DNA of 54,807 bases, counting the filler, from Diploschistes diacapsis (lineage: Eukaryota): NCBI GenBank assembly GCA_023645945.1. It is 4 parts of 4 records of this genome, joined end to end, with 100 filler letters (N's around TTAATTAATTAA, not from the genome) between each part and the next. Parts side by side here need not be neighbours in the genome. Positions count along the whole stretch, not along the records: positions 13,755 to 27,393 come from JALAIB010000640.1; positions 27,494 to 41,103 come from JALAIB010000641.1; 2 more parts are not named here. The stretch is one strand, 5' to 3'. Below the pieces are notes generated by a model, which saw only the letters and a list, made by a program, of their open reading frames with translations, was not told where the DNA came from and searched no databases. Position numbers and translations under genes: made by a program. Of the stretch, positions 24,701 to 37,715 are shown in pieces (position 1 is the first letter of the stretch; each line of letters starts with the position of its first letter).

Positions 24701-27365
24701 ATGCTGAAGACAGCATGTATGGATAACGAACGAGGAATGTTTCTCGCAACGCAGCCGGACTGGCGGTACTATCCTGCAACTCAGTACTCGAGCCACCTGC
24801 CAACCATTGCTCCGCGAGAAGAGCAGATCCTACATGCTGCATATCCCCAATTCTCCCTTTCGACAATATCAGATGTTCCAAGAACTCGTCTTCCACCGAG
24901 ATCTCGCAGTGGCTGCTGGTAAGTCGCAAAAAACTACTTGCGGCAAACCCTTTTGAAGATTGATGCTTACGCCCCATTTCTCCGCTTGGCCCAGGACTTG
25001 TCGGGTATTTCCACCCACTCTGATCCTCCTTCCTCGCTGACCGATGCAGATGCGCAAAGTAAAGTTCGTCCATCGTCCATCGGATTTTGGAATAATATGT
25101 CGGTGCACCATGCTTACCATTTCTTACGGGCAGGTGTGATGAAGGTCGACCCCGCTGTAACGTATGTCGTGCCACTTCGTCCTGTGCTTGCTGTGTGCGC
25201 CGTGGCACAACACTGACGTCGAGCGATAGCAATGCACAAGACTCAACCATGAGTGCGATTACAGTCCGAAGCTTGCCTTCAAAGACGAGACCCCCAAGGT
25301 TATTGACAAGTACCTGGGATCGAACAGTCCTCTCGACGATTGGGACCGTAAGGATGTCAGCTCTGCGGCCGGCACTTTGCTAACGAAGCTCTCTAGCCAC
25401 CGCGGAGCTCGACGCATCCCGAGAGTCCGCCCCGACGGAGGACTATGATGATGACCTTCCGGCTTTCAATCTGCTGACGAACGAGGAAGACTGGCAAAGG
25501 AAAGCAGAATGCCATCCACCCGGAACGTTCTTCGTCGTGGCGAACTCGGACAGTTTTGCGGACCTCGAGGAGTATCGGGCCTCCTGTCCGCCGGTGCATA
25601 CGAATGAGAACCTCAGGCTGAAGACGGGACATCCCAACATCTCTGTCGATGATGCCACCCTGATCCTAGGTGTTTTCGAGGAGAACCCCGGAAGGCCCTC
25701 GTGGAGACCCGATTCAGGCTCAACAAGGAGCGATTCTACCGCGCCGACCGACGTGCAGTTCAGGATAAGCATGCCTTTCGGGACCGAACCGACATCGGCC
25801 TTGCAGATGGTTCCCGCAGCCTACCCAAATTACAGCCTGCAGGACCTCGAGTTCTCGGAGCCCAACTTGCGACTGCACTACCGCTCGTACATTCGTCGCC
25901 ATCTCTTCCGCGTCTCCCAGGACACGGTCGTTGCGGGAATCGACGCCGAAGATCTTTTCGAGCGCGAAGCGGCCTTTTGCCCTCCTGTGAGCCCGCCATA
26001 GATGCATAGACTTTTCCGGTGCTGACGGCGAACAACCAGCTACATCACGCTTTAATGGCCCTCACTGCATTAAGCGTCGCATTCCGAAACGGCCATCAAA
26101 ACGTGCACGCCCTGGAGCATTACACGAATTCGATCAAAAGCTTGGCAAACCTGCACAGCGAGCAGGAACTGGCCTCGAATGGCCAGTTCCTAACTCATTT
26201 CATACTGCTACTGTACGAGGTACGTTCGGATATCGAACCCGAGGCGAATAGTTTGGGGTGCTCACGCGTTATCCAGATCGCGGCCACAGAAGGCTTCTGG
26301 ACCCACCATCTCGAATCGCTCAAGCGGATCATTCGACAGCGCCGAGAGATTCTACACGCCGAGCCTTACCCTGGCATCATCTGGTGGATATGCCTCATTG
26401 ACATTAGTGTGCTTCTGAGCGGCAGCGGGAAGGGCGAGTTCGTGCTCGAGAAGGTCCATGACAATACCATCCCCACCGCCAAGGACCTGCGAATAATGTC
26501 GGGCCTTTGGTTGAACGAAGCGAGTCAGTCGGAAGACTGGGATGTTCTGGCACCGACATTTGATTTCCTCCGCGAGATAGCTATCCAAGCCGCCAAGATT
26601 GGAGCACTGCGCGTTGAAATACGAGAGCTCTTTAGGAGGCAGCCATGTCCTCCTTCCAGGGCCCAGATTGCGCAGTTACAGCAGAGGGTATCTCGAGCAC
26701 GTGATCTTTTGAGGCAGAGATGGAATTCTCAGGTCCCGGCTCCGCTAGCTGCTGCTTTGGGGCAAAAGCGTTTAGTTGGTAGAGCGAGGGACGCCTACGA
26801 ACACGTAAGTTTTTTACGGGGGATTTTTTTTTCTTTTTCTTTTTCTTTTTTCTTTTCTTTTTTTCCCTTTTGCTTCCACGTGGAGACGTCACTCTTCCAG
26901 AACATGGCACTGTCCGATCGTTGTGGCTAACCAACGCGCGTGCAGGCCAGTCTAATCTACAACACCTGCATCATATACACGCACACCAGCATGTGGTCGA
27001 CGCAGCGCCGCGACACGGAGCCCTCACACTGCGAGACGGAAATCAACTACGCCGCGCAAGCCATCCTCAAGCTCGCGACCGACCTCGTCTCCCGCCAGCA
27101 CCTGCAGCAGCGCTTCGCCGTCTTCGCCCTCTTCGTGACGGGCATGGCGTCGAGCGCGCAAGAGGACAAGACGCGCGCGGTCGGCCTGCTAAAGGCCTTT
27201 GAGCAGGAAAGCGTCGGCGGCAACACGCAGGCGACGCGCAAGTTCCTCGAGGCCATCTACGCGCGCCAGAGCGCCAGCCGCGAACGCAGGGGCAATGCGC
27301 TCGACGTGGATTGGATCGAGGTCAGCGAGGAGATGGGGCAGCAGATTGTTAATTTCGGACTATGA
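24701..27365 (+). CDS. Zn(II)2Cys6 transcription factor with a fungal-specific C-terminal (Fungal_trans_2-like) domain; exons 24701-24918, 24995-25004, 25050-25063, 25134-25161, 25230-25347, 25397-25986, 26040-26219, 26277-26804, 26946-27365
   Basis: The spliced product gives a complete binuclear cluster [33 protein letters not shown]. Downstream: LHHALMALTALS, FLTHFILLLYEI, WTHHL, WWICLID, FAVFALFVTG, VDWIEV. Eight GT-AG introns, all phase-consistent. Start ATG 24701 or 24719. Confidence 0.9.
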
Positions 27366-27393
27366 TGACACGTGGACCGGGGTAGGGGGGAGG

Positions 27394-27493
27394 NNNNNNN
27401 NNNNNNNNNNNNNNNNNNNNNNNNNNNNNNNNNNNNNTTAATTAATTAANNNNNNNNNNNNNNNNNNNNNNNNNNNNNNNNNNNNNNNNNNNN
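27394..27493. other. Artificial contig linker N44-TTAATTAATTAA-N44
   Basis: Identical 100-bp spacer. Confidence 0.97.
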
Positions 27494-29001
27494 GCTGGCG
27501 AGGCGCGAGCTTGGGAGAGAGGAGGAGTAGAGTGGTTTGTCGGTTAGGAGGTTGTGGATGAGGATGTTGCGCTGGGGGCGGGTGCCGACGCCGGGAGGCG
27601 AGGGGGAGGGTTGAGACTCCGAGCGGGCGACGGCTTGTGGAGAGGTGATGAGGGCGGAGGAGCTGGAGGGGAGAAGGCTCAGTGCGTCTCGAGCGAGTCG
27701 TAGGTTCGCTGCGTGGCTAGCTGCTGCGGGTGGCTTACTCTGCCGGTCTGAAAAGCTGCCAGTAATTTGATCTTGATTCTTGCCTTCAAGTTGGTCTTCG
27801 CAGGGTGATTTCGCATTCGCTGAAGCTTTGTGGAGATCCCTTTGCGAGCTCTCCATTGGGCTGTTTTTTTCGAAATAATCCTTAATCTCCTCGTACTCTT
27901 GTTCCAGGTTGATGAAGACATGGGCGCGGTTGGATGGCCCCAACGAAGGAATGCCTCCTTGCGAATCGAGCACGATGATCCGATCTAGGGAAACAGGCTT
28001 CGCTATTCGTGACTGGCTGCTCGCGTCGCTAGCGCACTTTTCTGGAACAGGCGGTTCGAACGATAGGCCAGCGAATTCGCGAGTGATTGCCAGAACAACA
28101 TCGTTGGCTTCCACCGAAACCAGCGTTTGCTCCACTGTGCTGCAAATTGGCGCAACAACCGGTATCGCTCCGTCACGTAACGGGCAGAGCAGTAGGTTCT
28201 TGTTCAAAACTTGAAGCTCTCCTCGGACTTTGACGGACTGGCCGACGGCCACTCCGGAAGATCCCAGAGATAGGATACTGTCCAGACGTCTGGCTTTCTG
28301 GCCCGCTGTACGTTCGATTGCGGTGACTATCCTGTCAACCTGGGCTAAAGTCGTCTGTCGCCAAGATGGGTTGGAGGATGCTGTCGAATCACCGCTGGTG
28401 CAGCATGCTTCAACCACGATAACAGAGTACATACCTAATTGCGAGAGCTGGCATAGCGTTCTGGAGATACCGCACAAGGTGTTGTCATCTACTAATTCGG
28501 GAGAACGGATTGTGACCAGTGCAGCGTGAATTGGTTCCGTCGAGCGATCGATCAAGAGCTTCTTCTCGGCCGCGAGGCTGAAGACGGGGCTATCATCGAT
28601 GGAGCGTACAGGCAAATAGAGGTCTCCAAGATTGACGCCATTGCCGAGTATCGTAAACCTTCTATCACCTTTGGTTACTTCGGACTCCTTCGAACTCGCT
28701 AGCGCAGCATGACCTGTTTGAAATCGAGACAAATAGGATTTGGCTTCGCGCTTGGTTGCAGTTGCGCTGAGCACGTCGAAAAAGAGCTCCTGGGGGTCCT
28801 TAGACAGCCACAAACCTACGGATCAAGTACATACCCTGCTGTCAGCCCTGTGCCGTGCTATATCAATTCCGGAACGTAGGCGTCCCGCAAAGCCGCTCGA
28901 AGATACCAGATGTGCTGCCTCATCGCCAGCAGTAGGTGTGTTCGTAGCGGCACTGCTGCGCCTCGACAATGGAAGACGAGCATGACAGCGGGGGTGTCCA
29001 T
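27494..29001 (-). CDS. ARG2: Mitochondrial N-acetylglutamate synthase (amino-acid acetyltransferase); C-terminal domain cut by contig end; intron 28834-28790; 5' end needs a frame correction
   Basis: ELFFDVLSATATKREAKSYLSRF, GVNLGDLY, IHAALVTIRSPE, GAIPVVAP, SLDRIIVLDSQGGIP, AHVFINLEQEY, LSLLPSSSSALIT, LIHNLLTDKP are characteristic of Pezizomycotina Arg2. Confidence 0.9.
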
Positions 29002-32000
29002 GTTATGGTCGTTAGACTTTTCACACTGCCATTCGGCCTGTGGGCAGCAAGAGCTTACAGATATGGCCCATCTCCCGCATGATCCACGGCCCGCAGCAAC
29101 TGGACTCATGTCTGGTCTTCCACACGGAAGGGTAGGTCCTGGGTAAGAATTGAAAGCATGGACATTTCAGTATACGGCTGTACCTTGAGTAAATTGGATC
29201 TCCTTGATTTTGCACTCCACCTTAGGTCAATGTGAAGTCAAATTCAGTCAAATTCAGTGCAATTCACAATTCACACCTTCTAAACCCCGTATGATGATGA
29301 TGATGCTGGTTGGCCGACATCGGTGGGCTTAGCGAGCTCGGCAGAATCCAAAACACCGACGTGAAGGTTGAAAATATTTTATCAGTATTATTGCTATCTC
29401 CTGAACTTAAAACTGCTGTATGAACCTTCGGCTGTAATGGCTCAGAAGCCTATACTATACTCAACTGTCCGGCACTTTACAGAAAGGCAAGCACCTCCTA
29501 CGGCCGCCTAATCCGTCAGGCAAGTGCCTTACAATCAGTACCCTCCTTGTCTTCCCATGCTTTATCTTCTACGAGCCAAACCCAAGGAGCAAAGCACTTT
29601 GAGCATATCCTGAGACCTTGTTACCGCATTGGTTGGCCCCATAGCATAGCTAGTTGATCTACATTCGTTACATCCTGCTTACTGGGTGTGAAGGCTTCAA
29701 TTGGTTTGAAGAGCGCTTAAAAATAGCAAGCTTGGATTGTCTTCTAACGTTGCCCTATCGAATCACGTTTTCTCGATATGCTCTTTCTCCTGTGCGAGAA
29801 ACACATGGACTCTTCAGATGCCCCTGGAGTCCCTTTCGGTCAACTGCCAAAGCTATGACCCGGCAAGTTGAATCCAATCCTTCGCCCTTTAAGAGCTTGT
29901 TCTAGAGCCAATCGTATTGAACTACCGACAGAGGAAACCGATTAAATGAGCTTTACCCGAACTCCAGCTTGATGTCTTCATTTTTCCAATGTCATTGTGC
30001 TTCATGCACATAAGTAGGCCAGATGGAGCCAACGTCTCGCGGAAGCCCTTTAGGGAGCGAAGCTCGGGAATCCCACGACTCTCACAGCGCGATCCTTTTC
30101 GCCCGGAGTCTGATAAACCCGAGACATTGCATTGCTTCTTGCTGTCTGAAACAGCCAACCCAGACGATGGCAACTCGATCGAGTTGCATTCAGAGCAGTG
30201 CGGTAATGCTTGCTGTTCCCATGACACTGACAGCTCTTGGTATCACAAGGCTTGATATCACCGAAGGGTGGCGCGTCCAGATTGGCTGGGAAAAGAGCAA
30301 GATACGGGATAGGAGAGCTCTTTCGCACGATTGACTCAGCTCCATCTCGCAGGGTAGGATTGGCAACGAAAGACTAAAGGGGAATTTGACAAAAATGGAA
30401 ACCGGTAGGTGGTTTATATGTGCCTGTCAAGCCGTTAACCGATTCGCTCACCAAAAGAAGACGCTCGAGGCAAGCCAAGGTCGGGGTGTCGAAGGGGGGT
30501 CTGTTGGCTTTCTATATTAGGCTTATGCGAAAAGAGACAATGAAGTGATATATTTCCCAATCTGAGTGTAGAGTTCTGGAGGCTAGAGACCCAAGAGGTC
30601 GAGAACTCCGACAGGCTTGCAGTAGGGTGGAGACACAACGTCAAGAACATGAAACTGGTCGGCTCTGCTGTGCTAAACCAGAAGAAGAATATGCTGCTAT
30701 GCACATGTAGCACAAGTGGCAAGTCAAGCTGCCAGAAACTTGGAGACTCATGAGTAGCAAGATACTGCCTATCGCCTGGTGCCCATTTGGCGACATGCAC
30801 GGAAACCGGCCGCCCACAGCTATATACTCACAACACCGAGCAGAGAAGTTCCTCCCACCAACACTAGTCGATTAAGAAATCTCTTCCTTTTAAGCACTAC
30901 TACATTGTTGAAGTGCACGGCTTGTATGCAGCATTGTAGCCATATTGTTCAATTTATCAAAGAAGAAGTTTCGACGACAGCGGGAGACTGACCAGTGACT
31001 TACGCAGCATTAAGGCCAGCTCAGTCAGGCCAAGAGGCGCACCAGGAAAATCGTTGTTGATTCTGTTCAAAACATTTCCATATCGATCTCCCCCCTGATG
31101 AGGCGGAGGAATTGCCAGAAAACGGCTGCTTCACTTCGGGTCCACTTGGCTGATCCATTGGATAAAGCAAATCATGGTAGCAAAGAAGGTCATTTGGCAT
31201 CTGTCTGATGCAATCAGCATCTCCTGTCACTAATCAACTCTTGACAAGTAAATCAGTCTGTATGCAGTTTCGTCTCCAATGTTCAAACACGCTTCAATCA
31301 ATAGCTAAAAGGCGAGCATACAAGCGACCTGGAAAAGGGCATTGCTCATCTGTGCGTTTTCGGCAAGCAACCTGGGCCGGTGAGACAGCCATAGCTGGGT
31401 AAATTGTGAGCATGGCGTGCACCGCATAGAAAGAGTCGAATGACAGTATAAGTCACATGTTATCGCTTCACCCTCCTTCCTGCAAGCCATCACTGGCTCT
31501 GATTACTGAACAAAGGGATGAATCCCACCCTTACCAGAGCGCTGGGTTTGCAAATGGAGCCATCAGGCTTGAGTCCTTGGCCAGGGCGCAACCCCCACCA
31601 CGATTTGGAAGCGGCGACTCCGTGTGAAGAGTACCTAGGCCCACTCCTCCCTTGAGGACTGGACCTAGATGACCGGCCGCGAATCCTTGTAGGAACATCA
31701 GCAGCTGTATGACGACTGTCCGATCCGCTCAACACCTATGATTGGGAGCTGCTGATTGGCCCAAGTCACATAATTGATCACCTTACAATGACTCTAATGA
31801 AATCGTGTGGTGAGCTTGGAGAATCTGGCTCCGTGCTCCATGAAGTAGTGGCTCTTCATGCGACATCCTGAATCCAAGCGGCGCGATATAGATCGTATGG
31901 GCCGTTGTTTCGAATGTGCCTTGGAGGTTCTCGATCGAAGGCACTGTTCGAACATGGCATTACGGCAGCGGCAACTTTTGAGATGGTAGAGCTTTGGGCA

Positions 32001-35000
32001 ACGCTCTGCGGCTGACAAGGCTTGCCTACTGATCATTTTCCCGCTGCCGTCAGACGTTACCAAAACAGGAACACTTATCCCATCATGCACCTAACCGCCG
32101 CTGCATCGACACACTTCGGCATCCAGAAGCCCACTAGCCGGCTGGGTTCAGCGTCATTCAGATTGATGCATGGGACTTAACAACGCGTCGAGTCAAGATC
32201 CGCCCTTACTGAGGTATCGTTGGAAGCCTTGATGACTCAAAGCTTTAGGCCTTCGTATATTTGCTCGATTATGCTCTTTCAACCGTGGGACTGTCCAATA
32301 GGAGCGAGTTCCGTAAACATGAGCGCTGCACTGAGATATGGGGAGAATAACCTGGAAACGCAGGTCCAAAATAGAAAAGTTTGAGAGCGAAGAATAGATG
32401 ATCGGCTATTATCGATCAAGTTTGTCTTGTAGGAGCAAACTAACTTGTGAGCCGAGGCTTTTCTCCCCTCTGAACGCATATCCTCCTAGCTACAGCCATG
32501 AGACGATTGATAGGTATGAACAGCATGAATCTCGTAACATCGATACACAGAGCGTGACATTATGAGGCTTTCTTTGGTCACGCTGGTCCGTTGGATTGAT
32601 CCAGGATTCGTTTCGCCACCCTCAATCCTTGTATCCTTTGAAAGAGCGACAAGATTACCACCTCGGGACTGAAAATATTATCGATGCGTTCAGAAGAGTT
32701 GCCTCTTTCATCGAGGCTTCTCGACTCTGCTAGGTGCTTATGGCGTAGGTTGAACTCATTACTCGGAAGAAAATCAACTTCCCTTGCCGCATTCATACCA
32801 AGCTGATTCAGCTTGGTCGCAAAGCGAGGAACCATGCTGATATGACATGATAGTCTGTCGAAGAACTGTATGAACATTTCGGACCCGTAGACACCGGATC
32901 GGAATCTGATATTGCGCTTGACCGCATCTGGCTCTGCTTTTTTGGTCCGGTCCTGCTTGACCTTTGTCCGAAAGAGTACAGTCGTGAAGCCACGGGTGAA
33001 GCCACGGACGAAGCCCCATGGGGACCTAGGCCAGCTATGTGTTGTTGTGCAGGTCTCATTAAGAGCATTGTCTGAAATTGTCTGCTTAGTGGATCGGTGA
33101 AACGTAGTATTGCATTTGTTCATCTAACGGCGGTTCGGCAACTATCCGAACGGAATTTTGCCGCCGCCATCATTTACGATTCAATAGGTAGTATTGAAAC
33201 GGAACAAGAGAGGGCGGCTTTGAAGGTTGTCCGAATAACCTTGCATGCAACAGGATCAGATACTGCTGGCTTCGAAGGCAACACCTTCAAGATATCGTGA
33301 TCATCCGTGATGTATTCGTTCTGAGATCTTTCGCTGTCTCGGTTGGCATTGCTAACCTAGCGGAACTGTATACCAGTGAGATAGTTTGGGATAGCGTGCT
33401 GTACATGCCAATCGCGTATCTGCGCCCTGGCCAAATAAGGTTTGCCTTACAGGCTGACAACTCCACGTTCATGTGCTGCAGAAGAGACTGCCAAACTCAA
33501 AGCCAGCTAACTATCAGTTCGTGTTTTGAAACACAATCTGTGTCGACATTGGAGCCTGTGGGAATCCAACGCGACAAAGGTAGGTACGGCGACGGCCGCT
33601 TGAGCAACAAGTACTAAACAGGGCATTGAATGAGATCCGACTCATTCAGTCCAGCGGTCGGCATATTTAGAGATCTATAGCCCAAAAGGGTCAGTCAGTC
33701 TTTCAACCCCCGATCCATGTCCGAGGGATTGTATGGCCAATTAGCAAACATCGCTCGACGTTTCAGAGATAAAGCTAGCCAAGCATTGCTACAGTCTCCG
33801 CAGCATCGTTAGGTGTCGACGATCCACGGTTACTACTTCGCGGGATGTGCCGATCCGTAATCTTCAGCTCAAGTCTTCATTCAGGGAGTATTGCTCTTTC
33901 AGTCGTGATAGATTAGGGAAATAGCAAAGGCCAATGATGCAGCTGAGCATAGCATATGACGCCAGCACTATAGCGGGTAAGGAATTGACCGCACAGCACC
34001 ACAACAGCCCCAGAACAATGAAAGAAACTCGAGATACTATGATAACTATGTCAGCACAGCTAGTGTACGAATGACTAGGACCTGGGGAGCAGAACGTGAT
34101 GTTGAAGTTGGTCTATCATTTCCCGGAAGTCAGGGGGGTCCTCTGGTGATACGGAGTCTCCGATAGAGCTAGAGTAACTTGCCCTGATACCTAGATGTTG
34201 AGAAACGAATGTGAGTAGCATGCAGTATTGAGTGTTGAGCTATTATGGTCGTTGGGTGCCAACCAGGATTTGCATAACCGGCTGCCGCGGAATCGACTCG
34301 AAAATCCTGACGCACTGCGGCCCCTGCGTTCAACGCGGCACGATTGCCCGCAGCAGCTTAAACTGCTTTATCCTCGGATGTCGGGGGTAAAGCCAGTTAG
34401 CAGCCTCTCCAGGAGAAAATTCCGCGCCTCCTTCGTGGCTTCTGCGCCCCATCTCTGGGCTCGCTTTATTGGCTTGTGATGAATCTCCGGGTCGCTGCGG
34501 CTGCTCATCCTTGACGTCGATCTTGATGCATTCTGCCTCAGAGGTACAGCACAACCATGTCATGACCATCATCTTATTTTAGCCCAGGAGTTTGCCTGTT
34601 CAGTCTCATACGAGTCCCCTCTGCTTCATTAAATGGGCAGTGCATGGAGGCTATACCATTGGACAAGCATTCAGATCTGATTTGAAGTCGTCGGCCCCTT
34701 TCACTGTTGAGTGTGAAAGGCAGACGTTAGGATCGTAGCCATCATGTGTTTCGCTGTAGGAAAGAAGTGTCGAGAGCATATCGTGAAGATAGCAGCGGGA
34801 ATGTTCCTGTACCTTCTTTCAATAGGCTCGGCCAATGGGTCAGAGTTTTTGGAGAAGCGCTCGACTCTGATGGCTGTTGGCCGGCCACTTAGCGATTGGC
34901 GGGGCAGTTGGATCAAATTGGACAGTTGCGGACAAGTTCGGTGACACCGTTACTGGAGCATTGGGCATTGGGCATTGAGCATTGAGGACCAAAGGATCAA

Positions 35001-37715
35001 GAGAGTATGATTGCAGTAGGGTGCCGGATGGCCTTGACCTGGCTGCTGTCAAGACCAACAGTGTCTGACACCTTTGGAACAACCTTGAATCGGTCGATTG
35101 CCGTACAATACCTAAAAATGTAAGCATCAGACGTTGGAAGACAGGAATGTCGCCTGGTTGCCTGGGGCCTGCAGCTCAGAGCAAAGTACCTTGCGTAAAC
35201 GGCTCTGCTACTTTGCAGGCTGCGCTTTCCGGACGTGTAGACTGCTACTCTGCACGCTGCCAGAACTTGCAAGCACCAGGTCTCGAAGATCATGTCAAGA
35301 TCATGTCAACACGAGCCCGACTCAATGCTTGGGGAATGAGCTTGGGTGGGAGACGGTTGTATCAATTGGTAGGTACCTGTCACTTCTCTTGAGCCAGCGT
35401 GAAGTCGAACTCGAACGACGTCCCAAAATGGATGATCGGGTATAAACGAATAGTGTCCATATTTCCAGGAGAGTTCGAGCCAGAGACCCGTTCTCCTCCA
35501 CCTCCATTGTCTACTTCCCTGATGCACCAGCCATCTCTCGCTCCATCTGCTACTATACTTCTGTCTCTCGAGGTCGTCCTGATCGGAATTGATAGACGGT
35601 CTTGGCTGTTCCCAATCAGGCCCTGCAGACAGGCCTGAGGAACCTTTCGGATCACGCTTCTAGCAAACCTTTCTCGGTCACTCCCTACAGCTCAGTATTG
35701 TCTCTCTTTGCTTGTTCTTTCTCCTGCTTTCCAAACCCAAGGATCGACTTTGCCATGACCCATTCCTCAGGGTCTAAGTCTGGCTTTGCTATACTAAGGA
35801 GTCAACCGGAACGCTTTGAGGCACTCTTGTTCACCAGTCTCCGGGTCTTTGTTTTGTACCACTCAGGGGAACCTAGAAGCCAATCTTAGAAGTATTATAT
35901 GTATCGGTTACTCGGCCATTTACTTCCAACATCACTACACGACAACCTGCTTCCACGAGAAAGATATGGTTGAACTTCCATGATAATCGAGGCTTTTTGA
36001 CGCATCCTCTGCTGCTGACGCAGTCCCAATCCCTGGCCTCTCTTAGCTCAGACTAGGGCTGTTCATTGGAGGCCTATCAGGACCCGCTTGCGTTGCTGCC
36101 CATCCCAGCCTCCTTCAAGCGCACTACTGCCTACTTGCTTCCTTGCCTGGCCACGGGGGGACGCCCACGCCGTTGAGACCCCGCCTCGAAAAATACCAAC
36201 CTGAGGCATAGACGCTGTTGAGGGGGCGATCTACAAAGCACTTGCTTGGGGTTCGCGACTAGTATAGGTACGACTCTTTTCGAAGTTCCCACCCAGGCGC
36301 ATAGCCCAGCCTGCTTAGCCTTCAACTAGCTGACCAGTAACCACTTTCAGGGGCTACCGGGCTGGGCTGCTACCTGCTCCAAGATCTCCTGCTCTGCCAT
36401 CCTTTGCCCGTCCGCGTTGGAGCTAGGGAGCCCCTCCGCATACTGCCAGAATATTGTCACAGAAAGCTATCGCCAAATATCGCCCCAAGAAAAGTAAGGC
36501 TGATGAGGATATCGTGCGAGAAGGAGACTTTGGGGAACAGAATTCGAGGTTGGACTCCGTGTTCCTATTGGTACAGAGCTCGTGGCCATGCTCATCCTTC
36601 CTATAGCTTAAGTATCCGAGAGCCTGGCCGCGATGCACGAAGCAATGAATCAAGGTGGGAAAGGCCTTTCATCATCCCAGACACATGTCTTCTTAGCGCG
36701 CAATACCCCGTTCTCTGCCCGTGTCAGCACGCCCTTTGTATGGATGAAGATCTTGCCGCTCGTTTTCTTTCTTCACACCTATGGTACGAGCTCGCATCTC
36801 CAGCATTGGACGCGGGATTTTTTGGCCAGCAAATTGCCTTGACCCAGTACCGTGGGTTTCAAATCTACTGTGCTCTTTCGTTTCTCTCAGTTACTCTGAT
36901 CAATATCACTGCGCATCTGGCCAACTGCACAGTCTCTCATTCGGCATGGATCTTGCGCCTTGCTGCTCGCCTTTCCTCTGAGCCTCGCTTGCTGCATGTC
37001 TGAAGCCTTGATGTTTGGCTATGGCTAATTCCTGTGCCTGTAGCGCTCTTGCAGGACTCGTTCACTTATCATCTACGCAATGACGCAGAATGTGAACCTT
37101 TGGAGCCTATTTCTTCATTCGGTCAGTCGTCTTCATTCGAGGATGGAAGTGACAATTCTACGCCAACGGTTTTCCCATCTTCTGGAAATGCACGGCTCGG
37201 CCAACCTTCAGTGCAGTCAGTAGCCTTGCATAATACGGACACTTTCGATTATCGCGCGCCCACAACTCACACTTCCCATGATCTTTCGTAAGTTTTTTAT
37301 CTACATCTTTATCCGAGTTTTGCCATCTATCCCTGAGCTTGTCACACCAAATGGCAATGGTAGCACAATCTCAAGGGTGGTGCGAGTATGGCATCTATAA
37401 CTCGAGTCTCTGTTTTTCCACGATAGAGAACATCTGCAGATCTCGAGCCAAATTCCGAACCACCTCCATGCCGCAGATTCCTCGCATCACCTTCTTGGCT
37501 TTTGGCCCACACCTTGTTGTACAATACCCGGCAGCTTGGGACCTTTTGAGCACAAGTCAATGCGACTTGGTCGTACCCCTAACATATGCCTGGACCAATC
37601 CTCAACCGGTCCTTGCTGCATCCTTTTTACCAAACAGTTCATTTCTTCCCGGTGTTTTGATGAGACCAGAAACTGACCCAAACTGCCTAGCTTCCAACCT
37701 GGTCCCGGTATCTCG

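Noticed and set aside
32578..33123. 181-aa minus-strand ORF in the gene-poor stretch
   Set aside because: No recognisable domain; it cannot be supported without homology or expression data.
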